IMG/VR virus record: IMGVR_UViG_3300024272_002272
Source: a virus
DNA length: 37,042 nt
Reading direction: 5' to 3' (one strand)
The notes below the pieces were generated by a model, which made no database searches, was not told where the DNA came from, and worked only from the letters and a program-made list of their open reading frames with translations. Each line of letters starts with the position of its first letter. Position 1 is the stretch's first letter. Both the position numbers and the translations under genes were made by a program. This document shows, piece by piece, positions 24,204-32,035 of this stretch.

Positions 24204-24395
24204 TTAACATAATTTTTTTAAATAAAAATTCTTATCTATGCTTCTTAACATCTTAAACTTAAATTTGTGATTACACTTTTCACATTCATAGTATTCATAG
24301 TCATAAACATAATTATGATTACCAACTCTTTCTGAATTACAACTTACTGATTGAACATATATGTGCCTACAAAATAATCTTTTGATAAAATTCAC
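24204..24395 (-). CDS. Hypothetical Cys-rich protein (63 aa)
   Basis: ORF with C..H / CEKC-type cysteines, directly downstream of the lipoprotein gene. Confidence 0.45.
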   Translation of the reverse strand: MNFIKRLFCRHIYVQSVSCNSERVGNHNYVYDYEYYECEKCNHKFKFKMLRSIDKNFYLKKLC

Positions 24396-24419
24396 ACTAT
24401 CACTTCCCTTAAAATGATT

Positions 24420-25385
24420 TTAATTAAATTTTAATTTATCTTCAACATATTTAACTACATCATCAGATAACAAGTCCGTCTTTTCAAATCCTACTCCACC
24501 ATTGGTTAAATCGTATTTAACTTCATTTCCACCATTAAAATTGCCTTCTATGTAATCCTTAATGGTTAATTTTAAGCCTTCCCCTACGTTTTTCAATGCT
24601 GAACTTATAATGTTTTCTGATAAATAGCTCATTGGCATATCTACACCAATTCCTTTTACATTGTCGGCTTCATTTATTGCTTCGATGATGCCCATGTTGC
24701 CACCACCTGTTGCCATGAATATTATATCTGAATTTGAATTAATCATTTGCTGGGCAACTATCTTAGCCTTAGAAGCATCAGTAAATGAGTTTATATATTG
24801 CTTTAATACTTTTACATTAGGATTAACTTCTTTTGCCCCCTCTATATAACCTTCAAAGAATGGAGTTAATGAAGGTATATCGAATCCCCCTATGCAAGAT
24901 ATAACATTAGTTTCAGTCATTTTACCTGCAATTAATCCAACTAAATATCCTGCCTCTTTCTCGTTGAATGTTATAGGTCTTACATTCTTAGGAATTTCTT
25001 TCCCAGCTTCATATGATGAATCTATCATTACAAAATCTTGATTTGGGTAAGATTCTACTGCTTCTTTTATTGCATCTGATACTTGGAAGCCTACACCAAC
25101 AATTAAATCTGTATCTCTATCTATAAAAGTTTCTATATTTGGAGTATAGTCTGCATCACTTTGACTTTCTAAATATGAAACCTCTACACCATATTCTTCT
25201 TGTGCTTTTAATGCCCCTTCCCATGCAGATTGATTAAAGCTTTCATCATTTACCCCACCGACTGAAAGGACTAATCCTACCTTATAATTTTCTTTTTCTG
25301 TACTTGCATTATCTTTTTTAGCACATCCCCATGCACCTACTGCAACAACAGTAGACAATAATAATACTTTAACTTTTTTTATCAT
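24420..25385 (-). CDS. BMP-family (PnrA/Med-like) substrate-binding lipoprotein
   Basis: Signal peptide with a lipobox-like VGAWGC. The body (VGLVLSVGGVNDESFNQSAWEGA...GVGF...) resembles basic membrane protein / nucleoside-binding ABC substrate-binding proteins. Confidence 0.7.
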   Translation of the reverse strand: MIKKVKVLLLSTVVAVGAWGCAKKDNASTEKENYKVGLVLSVGGVNDESFNQSAWEGALKAQEEYGVEVSYLESQSDADYTPNIETFIDRDTDLIVGVGFQVSDAIKEAVESYPNQDFVMIDSSYEAGKEIPKNVRPITFNEKEAGYLVGLIAGKMTETNVISCIGGFDIPSLTPFFEGYIEGAKEVNPNVKVLKQYINSFTDASKAKIVAQQMINSNSDIIFMATGGGNMGIIEAINEADNVKGIGVDMPMSYLSENIISSALKNVGEGLKLTIKDYIEGNFNGGNEVKYDLTNGGVGFEKTDLLSDDVVKYVEDKLKFN

Positions 25386-25400
25386 TTGATTTTCCCCCTT

Positions 25401-25568
25401 TTAAAATGGTAATAATATATCTATTAAATTTCTTTTGCAGCTTTCACACAAATACAACCTAGTACCTAGATTATTAGGCTTTGTGTCTTCTGCAAAATCA
25501 ATTAATACTTCACTGTCATTATCGCAACACTCACAAATATTTTTATCATCAGAATAAATTCTAATCAT
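25401..25568 (-). CDS. Small zinc-ribbon protein (55 aa)
   Basis: Hand translation: MIRIYSDDKNICECCDNDSEVLIDFAEDTKPNNLGTRLYLCESCKRNLIDILLPF*. GGGGGG RBS. Confidence 0.5.
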   Translation of the reverse strand: MIRIYSDDKNICECCDNDSEVLIDFAEDTKPNNLGTRLYLCESCKRNLIDILLPF

Positions 25569-25655
25569 CAAATTTCCCCCCTATGTCAAATAAACAATAA
25601 TAAAATAATAAAGTAATAAAATAAAGTGAAACGTATAATAAAATTTTAATAAGCA

Positions 25656-26375
25656 CTAAATATTAATCCCATACTTATAGCTCAATCTATTTCTTATGCT
25701 TCTATGGTTTCTCCCTGTTTCCATTGCTATTCTTTCAATACTATAATTATTATTTATTCTATCTAGGAGAATAAAATCTTCTTCCTCTGACCATCTTTTA
25801 TTGATTTTTTTAGAAATATTTTTATCAGCTTCTATTTTATCTTTTAACCATTGTGGCTTAGCACTCCATAAATCTATAGTTAAATTATAATAGTTCCATA
25901 AATGTGGTACAGTAGAAAGCATCACTCTTATTTGGTCTTCGTTCATTTGATAACTTTTATGACCAGTTTTCCCTCTAAAATGGTCTAAATCATATCTGTT
26001 TATTAAATTTATAATTGAAGCTCTATGAATACCAGTCATTTCTTGAATTTCTCTACAAGTATACCAGTTGACCTGCTCTCCTAAATTCAAAGTATAAGCC
26101 ATATGAAGTATTGCATTTTCAGTTCTATTTAACTTCTTTGCAATTGAAGAAAGTTTTAATTTTCCCCAACTTTCTTTTAAGTAATCACATTCTTTTCCAG
26201 TCCATCTTTGGTTCTTTCCACCATGGGTATTTTTTAGTTTTAAAACAGTATACCCATGATACTTAACACCACTATGCGACCTTCCTAGATTATCTGCTAA
26301 TTCTTGTATGCTTAAAACTCCCCAGTTTTTGCACAGATAATCATCTTCCTCTTTAGTCCAATGTTTCCACTTCAT
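25656..26375 (-). CDS. Protein with three SANT/Myb-like HTH repeats
   Basis: Repeated W-(T/S)-x-E-E-D motifs: WTKEEDDYLCKNWG, WTGKECDYLKESWG, RWSEEEDFILLDRI. Confidence 0.5.
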   Translation of the reverse strand: MKWKHWTKEEDDYLCKNWGVLSIQELADNLGRSHSGVKYHGYTVLKLKNTHGGKNQRWTGKECDYLKESWGKLKLSSIAKKLNRTENAILHMAYTLNLGEQVNWYTCREIQEMTGIHRASIINLINRYDLDHFRGKTGHKSYQMNEDQIRVMLSTVPHLWNYYNLTIDLWSAKPQWLKDKIEADKNISKKINKRWSEEEDFILLDRINNNYSIERIAMETGRNHRSIRNRLSYKYGINI

Positions 26376-26472
26376 ATTTGCCCCCTATTAACTTTTTTCT
26401 TATCCATTATATATTTACATCAAGAGAAGCTTAAAGCCTCTCTCAATATGCTTTAAATTGATTTTGTTTATA

Positions 26473-27408
26473 TTATGAGTTATGCCAATTCCACTTTTGT
26501 TTTATTTTAAACTCAATTTCTTCATCGGTTAACTCTTTTACACTTTTATGCTCTCCATTTATTTCAACCACACTATCTGCCATAAATATTGTGCTTTCTT
26601 TTTTATTGTTTTTACTCTTATTAACATCCCCATACTTATAAGCCATTCTTAAAGCTTTTATACCATGAGAATTATTAACTTCACATATAGTTAAAGCTTC
26701 TTTTAATTTATCTATATCAGTAAATTCTTCTTCACAATCTTTTAAATCTTCTTTTTTAATATTTACACAACTTTTATTAATAATTTTTACCACTTCACTT
26801 TTGGGAATAGTTTCCATATTTTCTTTTGATTTTTTAGTATCTTTTTTATTGTTTTGTGGTATACTGTTATTATCAAAATTATTTTTATTTTCGGCATTAG
26901 CTTCTACTTCGGCAAAAGTAGAGGCTTTTTTATTTTCATCTTCTTTTATTTCTTCAACATTCTCTACTTCCTCAACTATTTTTATGTTTGGTAAAAGCTT
27001 ATATCCTTCTAGTGCATAACCTAATTTTCCTAAATCAGTTTGAACCTTAACTAAATCAACTCTATACTGTAGGGTTTTATCCCATTTATACTTTGGATTA
27101 TTTCTTTTATTTAAATATCCTGCTTCTACTAATTGTTTAATGTATTTACCTATTGTGGCTTTACTCATTCCCACCATTAATTCATCATTTAATTCTTCTG
27201 CCGTTTTATATATCCAGCCTTTACTTTCTTCTATCGAAACTTCTATTTCCTCTTTTATGGCTCTTTCTTTTTCTTCTTGGATGTACTTATCAGTGTCTTT
27301 CATTCTTTCAGTCCAATAAATAAACTGGTTTAATATTAATGCAGGTCTGTAATCTCCTGTAAGTTCAACTAATTCCTGTTTTATAACAACTCTTTTTAGC
27401 TTATTCAT
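26473..27408 (-). CDS. Winged-helix DNA-binding protein; candidate plasmid-type replication initiator
   Basis: The N-terminus ...ALILNQFIYWTERM...GWIYKTAEELNDELMVGMSKATIGKYIKQLVEAGYL resembles the wHTH of Firmicute Rep/DnaD-N-like proteins. It lies downstream of iterons and DnaA boxes. Confidence 0.4.
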   Translation of the reverse strand: MNKLKRVVIKQELVELTGDYRPALILNQFIYWTERMKDTDKYIQEEKERAIKEEIEVSIEESKGWIYKTAEELNDELMVGMSKATIGKYIKQLVEAGYLNKRNNPKYKWDKTLQYRVDLVKVQTDLGKLGYALEGYKLLPNIKIVEEVENVEEIKEDENKKASTFAEVEANAENKNNFDNNSIPQNNKKDTKKSKENMETIPKSEVVKIINKSCVNIKKEDLKDCEEEFTDIDKLKEALTICEVNNSHGIKALRMAYKYGDVNKSKNNKKESTIFMADSVVEINGEHKSVKELTDEEIEFKIKQKWNWHNS

Positions 27409-27547
27409 GTTTATCCTCCTTTTCTTTCATATCTTTTCTTATAAGCTCCATTACATATTGTTGGAATGATTTTCTTTCTTTTAAAAGGTTTATTTTTATT
27501 TTTAAAAGCTCTTCATCTTCTATTCTAACAGTTAATGCTCTTTTCAT
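27401..27547 (-). CDS. Ribbon-helix-helix (CopG-like) protein, 48 aa
   Basis: Hand translation: MKRALTVRIEDEELLKIKINLLKERKSFQQYVMELIRKDMKEKEDKHE*. GAGGTG RBS. It overlaps the next ATG by 8 nt. Confidence 0.55.
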   Translation of the reverse strand: MKRALTVRIEDEELLKIKINLLKERKSFQQYVMELIRKDMKEKEDKHE

Positions 27548-27579
27548 TTAATCACCTCTTAATAATATTATATATTTAT

Positions 27580-27609
27580 ATTATATGCTTTATGACGTCA
27601 TTTTGGCAA
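27580..27609 (-). promoter_or_regulatory. Promoter of the RHH/Rep-like operon, with a palindromic operator in the spacer
   Basis: Minus sense: TTGCCA (27604-27609), an 18-nt spacer, then TATAAT (27580-27585). The perfect palindrome ATGACGTCAT lies at 27592-27601. Confidence 0.5.
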
Positions 27610-27634
27610 TATTTTTTATAAATATATATGAAAA

Positions 27635-27670
27635 TAATCTTTGAAGTAATCTTTGAAGTAATCTTTGGTA
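27635..27670. repeat. 12-bp tandem repeat x3 (TAATCTTTGAAG)
   Basis: 27635-27646 and 27647-27658 are identical. 27659-27670 reads TAATCTTTGGTA. Confidence 0.9.
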
Positions 27671-27674
27671 TTGC

Positions 27675-27808
27675 AGTTTAAAAAATAAATTATGAGATTT
27701 AATTTTTAAATTATGAAGTTTAAAAAATAAATTATGAGATTTAGTTTTTAAAAATCGATAAACTAAAATAAAACTATCGAAGTTTAAAATTTAAAACTCG
27801 GAGATTTC
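27675..27808. repeat. 27-bp direct repeats (AGTTTAAAAAATAAATTATGAGATTTA) at a 42-bp spacing, plus a degenerate third copy
   Basis: Exact copies lie at 27675-27701 and 27717-27743. A degenerate copy lies at 27781-27808. Confidence 0.8.
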
Positions 27809-27897
27809 AATGCTTTGATGATATTTTTAAAGAAAACCTAGAAATACCTAAAAAGGACTTCTTAGTATTTCCAGTAATTTTAGATTGAATATGAAAT

Positions 27898-27924
27898 TGT
27901 GGATATTGTGGATTATGTGAATAA
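27898..27924. promoter_or_regulatory. Three abutting DnaA-box-like 9-mers
   Basis: TGTGGATAT, TGTGGATTA and TGTGAATAA, compared with the reverse-complement consensus TGTGNAWAA. Matches are 8/9, 8/9 and 9/9. Confidence 0.55.
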
Positions 27925-28047
27925 CTAATGGAATTATTTTACAAGCTCCTAGTAGGGATAAAGAATTTATTTCCAAAGAAGATTAAAAAACTTAACATCT
28001 ACATAAAATAAATATATAATTATTTAATAAACAAAGGAGGATATAAA

Positions 28048-28275
28048 ATGGAAGAAAAACAATTTACTAGAGGATGGTTAGTATTACAAGAAAATGGAAG
28101 ATATGGTGCAATTACTAAAGAGTTTTCATCTGGAACACTAGTAGAAGTATTTATAGATGGATATATAGTAAAAGGAACTATTGAGTTTAGTTGGGAAAAT
28201 CAAGAATATTATTTATTAGGTGATGATGATAAATATTATAAGCTTAAGAATGATATGGAAATTTTATTTTATTAA
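28048..28275 (+). CDS. Hypothetical protein (75 aa), plus strand
   Basis: Strong AAAGGAGG RBS 8 nt upstream of the ATG. This is one of only two plausible plus-strand CDS. Confidence 0.6.
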   Translation: MEEKQFTRGWLVLQENGRYGAITKEFSSGTLVEVFIDGYIVKGTIEFSWENQEYYLLGDDDKYYKLKNDMEILFY

Positions 28276-28348
28276 AAGTTTATATGTATAAATATTTTAA
28301 ATGTGTTTAAAATACCTGCTAAATTAGATTTTAAGGACGGTGCAAGAT

Positions 28349-28513
28349 ATGTTTAATATATTTAATCAAGTTGATGATAAAAAAGAAGATAGAAACCACC
28401 AAGACAATTTTTATAGTGAAGGTTCTTATAATAATACTTTTCAGTATTGCAGTTATTGTGGAAAGTATGAAAGGTTTGAATATGATAGATGTAGTAAATG
28501 TAAAAATTCTTAA
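28349..28513 (+). CDS. Hypothetical zinc-ribbon protein (54 aa), plus strand
   Basis: Hand translation: MFNIFNQVDDKKEDRNHQDNFYSEGSYNNTFQYCSYCGKYERFEYDRCSKCKNS*. AAGGACGG RBS-like sequence. Confidence 0.4.
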   Translation: MFNIFNQVDDKKEDRNHQDNFYSEGSYNNTFQYCSYCGKYERFEYDRCSKCKNS

Positions 28514-28662
28514 AAAAAGAAGCTATCAAAATAGATAGCCCTTCTTCTAGCATTGGAAGATATAAATTTATATTTAACATTTGTTATATTTATCATATAT
28601 TTATAGGAAAAATTTGTCAATATTAAAAGGATTTCTAATACATATATAGAATATATAAAATA

Positions 28663-28763
28663 TGGTATAATAACTCTGTTAGAACCTCTTTATTTTTAAT
28701 ATATAAATTCACAAAATTTTTAACTTCCCTTAAAAGATTGATTTTTTATAATCAGTCTTTTTT
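28663..28763 (+). ncRNA. Candidate plus-strand small RNA (extended -10 promoter through an intrinsic terminator)
   Basis: TGgTATAAT at 28663-28671. Terminator AGAUUGAUU-UUUUAU-AAUCAGUCU plus U5 at 28735-28763; its G-U pair is valid only on the plus strand. No ORF. Confidence 0.35.
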
Positions 28764-28770
28764 GTTGCAT

Positions 28771-28802
28771 AAAAAAAGAAGCTAAATCCCCTTATAGCTT
28801 CT
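28771..28802 (-). terminator. Minus-strand rho-independent terminator, convergent with the plus-strand one
   Basis: Minus sense: AGAAGCUA-(10-nt loop)-UAGCUUCU followed by U7. Confidence 0.5.
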
Positions 28803-29129
28803 CCTTCTGAACTGTATATATAGCAATGTGTTGATATTACTTTATATCCACAATCTTTAGCCGATTAACTGTTGAATGTGTAAGTCTACAACTAGACTAT
28901 GAACGAGTGTTTGGGAAACTCGTTCTATGTGAAATAAAAATAAAAAGGTTTATATATTTATATTTTAGCAAATAAAAAAGACTACTGCAACAACAATAGC
29001 CTTTTATCAATAACTTAAGTTTAGGGATATTTTTATAAATTTAATTAATAAAATAAAAAGTTTTAAAAATGATTAAATATATTTGGATTTGTTTAATTAT
29101 ATTCTACCATTTCTTGCAATTTAAGTAAA

Positions 29130-29852
29130 CTATCTTATTATTAAATATGTAGATGTATAACCTTGTTTTTTAAGTTCTTCAGCTATGTTATTAGCTTTGT
29201 TTTTATCTTTATATGCCCCTACACATACTGCATACATATTCCCATCATAAATAGGCTCTATTTTTTCTTTATAAGTTACTCCAAAATATTGGCATATTGC
29301 TTTTACAGTAGCTTCTACTAATTCGCTTCTATTGTTTTTAAGTATTTTTAAATCATCTAAGTTTGAATAGAATCCATACTCAACTAATACACTTGGCATT
29401 GAAGCTTTATATATTACAGTAAAGTTTTCTGACTTAACTCCCCTATCTTTTGCATTATGATCTAATTCTTTCACAACCTTTACTATATTATCATTTAAAA
29501 CTTTAGCAAAGTTCTTTGATGTAGTAGAAGCATTTTTAGCAATATAAGTTTCAGTACCTCTAGCACTTTCGTTTGAGTAGGCATTGGCATGAAGTGATAT
29601 AAAAATAGACTTAGGCTTAGAATTTCTTAACCAATAATCATTAGCTAAAGAAGCTCTAGTTGATAAGTTTATATCTGATACTTTATCAGGATTAGGATTA
29701 GTTAAAAACACTTTTATTCCTAAATCTTCACACCTAGCTTTTATTTTGTGTTGCATATCATTATTAAATTCCCACTCATAGAAGTTTTCTTTTGCATTGT
29801 TTTTCCCTTTAGTTGATTTTGCATGACCTGCATCTAGTATCAATAAATTCAT
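29130..29852 (-). CDS. Endolysin: N-acetylmuramoyl-L-alanine amidase (Amidase_3) with a C-terminal SPOR domain
   Basis: LILDAGHA...ISLHANA...GTE motifs. The C-terminus YAVCVGAYKDKNKANNIAEELKKQGY is SPOR-like. Confidence 0.85.
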   Translation of the reverse strand: MNLLILDAGHAKSTKGKNNAKENFYEWEFNNDMQHKIKARCEDLGIKVFLTNPNPDKVSDINLSTRASLANDYWLRNSKPKSIFISLHANAYSNESARGTETYIAKNASTTSKNFAKVLNDNIVKVVKELDHNAKDRGVKSENFTVIYKASMPSVLVEYGFYSNLDDLKILKNNRSELVEATVKAICQYFGVTYKEKIEPIYDGNMYAVCVGAYKDKNKANNIAEELKKQGYTSTYLIIR

Positions 29853-29853
29853 G

Positions 29854-30132
29854 CTATACCCCCACCTTTTCTTTTATAACTTTTATATCATCTTCTATAG
29901 CTTCAAGTTTATTATTATTATTTTCTAAAGCTATAGCAAATTTATCTAACTTGCTATCAAACTTTTCTATTGTATCTCTATACATTTCCCTGTCTAGCTT
30001 GTTATCTTCTCTAAGATTATCCATTATTTTATTTATATCTTCTCTTGATGTCTTATCTTTTTGAACAAAGTAATAAGCTAAGCCAACAACCGAAGCTATT
30101 GGAAATCCTAGATTTGCAATTATATCTTCCAT
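29854..30132 (-). CDS. BhlA/UviB-family holin-like protein
   Basis: 92 aa, with an N-terminal TM helix (IANLGFPIASVVGLAYYFV) followed by a coiled coil. It lies immediately upstream of the endolysin gene. Confidence 0.65.
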   Translation of the reverse strand: MEDIIANLGFPIASVVGLAYYFVQKDKTSREDINKIMDNLREDNKLDREMYRDTIEKFDSKLDKFAIALENNNNKLEAIEDDIKVIKEKVGV

Positions 30133-30207
30133 AACATAATCATCCCTTTTGTATAAAAAATAAGGCTAAGGAATTAATCCCTAGCCTTTTTTGATTTAAT
30201 TTTTATA

Positions 30208-31170
30208 TTAGCCTATTGCAATCCATTTTAATTCTTTCCCTGTAAGCGAGCCGTTTGTAGATGAGTTAGTTCCGTCGTGAATCCCTAATTTGCAATTCGT
30301 AGAATTAATGTAAACACCACCAATATTGAGCTTGTATGTACGATCAAAGTTACTAGAAGCATCTCCTTTGATGTTCGAAGTTGTTACAAAGTTTGTAAAC
30401 TTGTTATATGTAAGCATTATTCCTGTATAATTATCTTTTTCATACACATATAAAAAATCTATTTCAAACGGGAAATCTATCTGAATGCAAGCTTTTGTAG
30501 GAAATGTTCCACTACTTAAATACGATAAAGTAAGGTACTCATCTTGTATAACAACAGTCCCGCTTGCTATTTTTTTTTGTTGTAAATTTTTTACTTTATT
30601 AACTAAGTTTAATACTCCTTCAGTATCACTACATTCTATATCTTTATCAATAAGTGTATCTTTAAAATAATCTTTTGTAGCTTGTAAAGAGTTTTCAATC
30701 TCTGCAACTTTATTTTTAACATCTTTTAAAGTAGCAGAATCTTCTAATTTATCTATATCTTTTTTTAGATTTATTCTTTTACCTTCGCTAGTTTCATAAT
30801 ATTTCCCTTCTACAGTACAATCAAATACAGTTACCCAATCTTGACCATTTATGCTAACTTCGGTTTTGGTTTCATGATATTGAGTTGTAGTGTTCCCATT
30901 TGGGAAAAACCTTCTTATTCTTATTCTATCTATATCGTAAATACCACCTAAATCAACTACAACGTTTCCTAAACCACTAAATGTAAATGATACATTGTCA
31001 TTTCCATCTGTAACAACAGAAGCATCATTTGTTCCCGCCTTTGAAGGTGTTACAGTTTTACCTAGTGCCACGTTTATATTGTTATAATCATAGGCACATA
31101 TTTCATTCCAGTTATTGTTAGCCCCGTTTGTATTTCCATTTGACCAATCTCGTATGTATCTTATTTTCAT
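30208..31170 (-). CDS. Putative receptor-binding tail fibre protein with a galactose-binding-like (discoidin-type) N-terminal domain
   Basis: 320-aa ORF, last in the tail module. The N-terminus ...NWNEICAYD...ALGKTVT...VTDGN...VVDLGGIYDIDRIRIRRFF resembles an F5/8 type C domain. Confidence 0.5.
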   Translation of the reverse strand: MKIRYIRDWSNGNTNGANNNWNEICAYDYNNINVALGKTVTPSKAGTNDASVVTDGNDNVSFTFSGLGNVVVDLGGIYDIDRIRIRRFFPNGNTTTQYHETKTEVSINGQDWVTVFDCTVEGKYYETSEGKRINLKKDIDKLEDSATLKDVKNKVAEIENSLQATKDYFKDTLIDKDIECSDTEGVLNLVNKVKNLQQKKIASGTVVIQDEYLTLSYLSSGTFPTKACIQIDFPFEIDFLYVYEKDNYTGIMLTYNKFTNFVTTSNIKGDASSNFDRTYKLNIGGVYINSTNCKLGIHDGTNSSTNGSLTGKELKWIAIG

Positions 31171-31182
31171 GCAATCACCTCC

Positions 31183-31491
31183 TTATAATAAGTCTATAAT
31201 TTGATTACAAGAATTTATTAAAGCTTCTCTATTTCCATTTAATTCAGTTTGCAAATTAGTTATAGCTTCTTCTACAGTTGAGCCGTCTAACATTTTTACA
31301 TTACTAGCAACTAATTCCAGCCCATCTATTTTACCTTTTACTTCTTGAATGGCATTATCTATCTTATCCATATTTCTATTATGGACTTCTATGTCATAGT
31401 TTTCATTAAGTAGAGGTTTTTCAAGTTGTAGGTTATCACTTGTTACTGCTCTTACTATTCCTTTTTCATCTTTTATATATTTTTTAGCCAT
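31183..31491 (-). CDS. Tail-fibre-associated hypothetical protein (102 aa)
   Basis: ORF between the XkdU-like gene and the fibre gene. Confidence 0.45.
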   Translation of the reverse strand: MAKKYIKDEKGIVRAVTSDNLQLEKPLLNENYDIEVHNRNMDKIDNAIQEVKGKIDGLELVASNVKMLDGSTVEEAITNLQTELNGNREALINSCNQIIDLL

Positions 31492-31492
31492 A

Positions 31493-32035
31493 TTATTTAC
31501 CTCCCCTCAATTCACTAGAGTTTCTAATTTCATCGTGAGTATAATTAGCTAATTGCTCGTGAGTATATTTTGATATATCTGAATGAGTGTTATAATTATA
31601 CTTATAAGTATGTGCTAAATGACAAGGCTTAATTTCATTTACAACTCTATCCATTTCCTCAAAGCTAAGTGGAACTCCTATTGTAGATATAAAAGATACT
31701 TCAAAGCTATAATTGGTATGGTCTACATTTATTTCAACTATACCGTTTGAATAAGCTTCACAAATATTTTTTATAACTTCAATACTAGTAGTACCTCTAC
31801 TTCTCATTTTAGCCTTTATATTTTCTCTTCTCGTTTGATAATCAAAATTATTTTTAGATATACCAAGCATTTTTTCCCATTTATCAAGGCCAAAAGTTGC
31901 ACTATCAACATAAAATTGATTTAAAGTGTTTTCAACTTCATCATTTATAGAATTAGCTTCTACAGTAAAAGAATTTTGTATAGGTTTAGTTATGTCATTA
32001 TCATAAAAAGAAGGTAGTTTATTGATTAAACTCAA
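31493..32035 (-). CDS. Baseplate/tail protein (XkdU / YmfQ, DUF2313-like)
   Basis: 180 aa following the baseplate J-like gene. FGLDKWEKMLGI...RRENIKAKMRSRGTTS matches the remembered pattern. Confidence 0.65.
   Translation of the reverse strand: MSLINKLPSFYDNDITKPIQNSFTVEANSINDEVENTLNQFYVDSATFGLDKWEKMLGISKNNFDYQTRRENIKAKMRSRGTTSIEVIKNICEAYSNGIVEINVDHTNYSFEVSFISTIGVPLSFEEMDRVVNEIKPCHLAHTYKYNYNTHSDISKYTHEQLANYTHDEIRNSSELRGGK

Noticed and set aside
28362-28580. Minus-strand 72-aa ORF
   Set aside because: It has no RBS, and its Tyr/Asn/Phe-rich translation is of low complexity. It overlaps a better-supported plus-strand zinc-ribbon ORF (28349..28513) in antisense.
741-30670. Plus-strand ORFs in the track: 741..1001, 1757..1981, 4829..5047, 5099..5437, 11744..11926, 13643..13834, 14679..14975, 17720..17980, 18811..19044, 19548..19784, 21014..21229, 23262..23453, 24661..24849, 26801..27019, 29813..30064, 30485..30670
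   Set aside because: Each lies entirely antisense within a longer, well-supported minus-strand gene. They lack convincing RBSs, and their Leu/Ser/Phe-rich, low-complexity translations are typical of antisense frames in AT-rich DNA.
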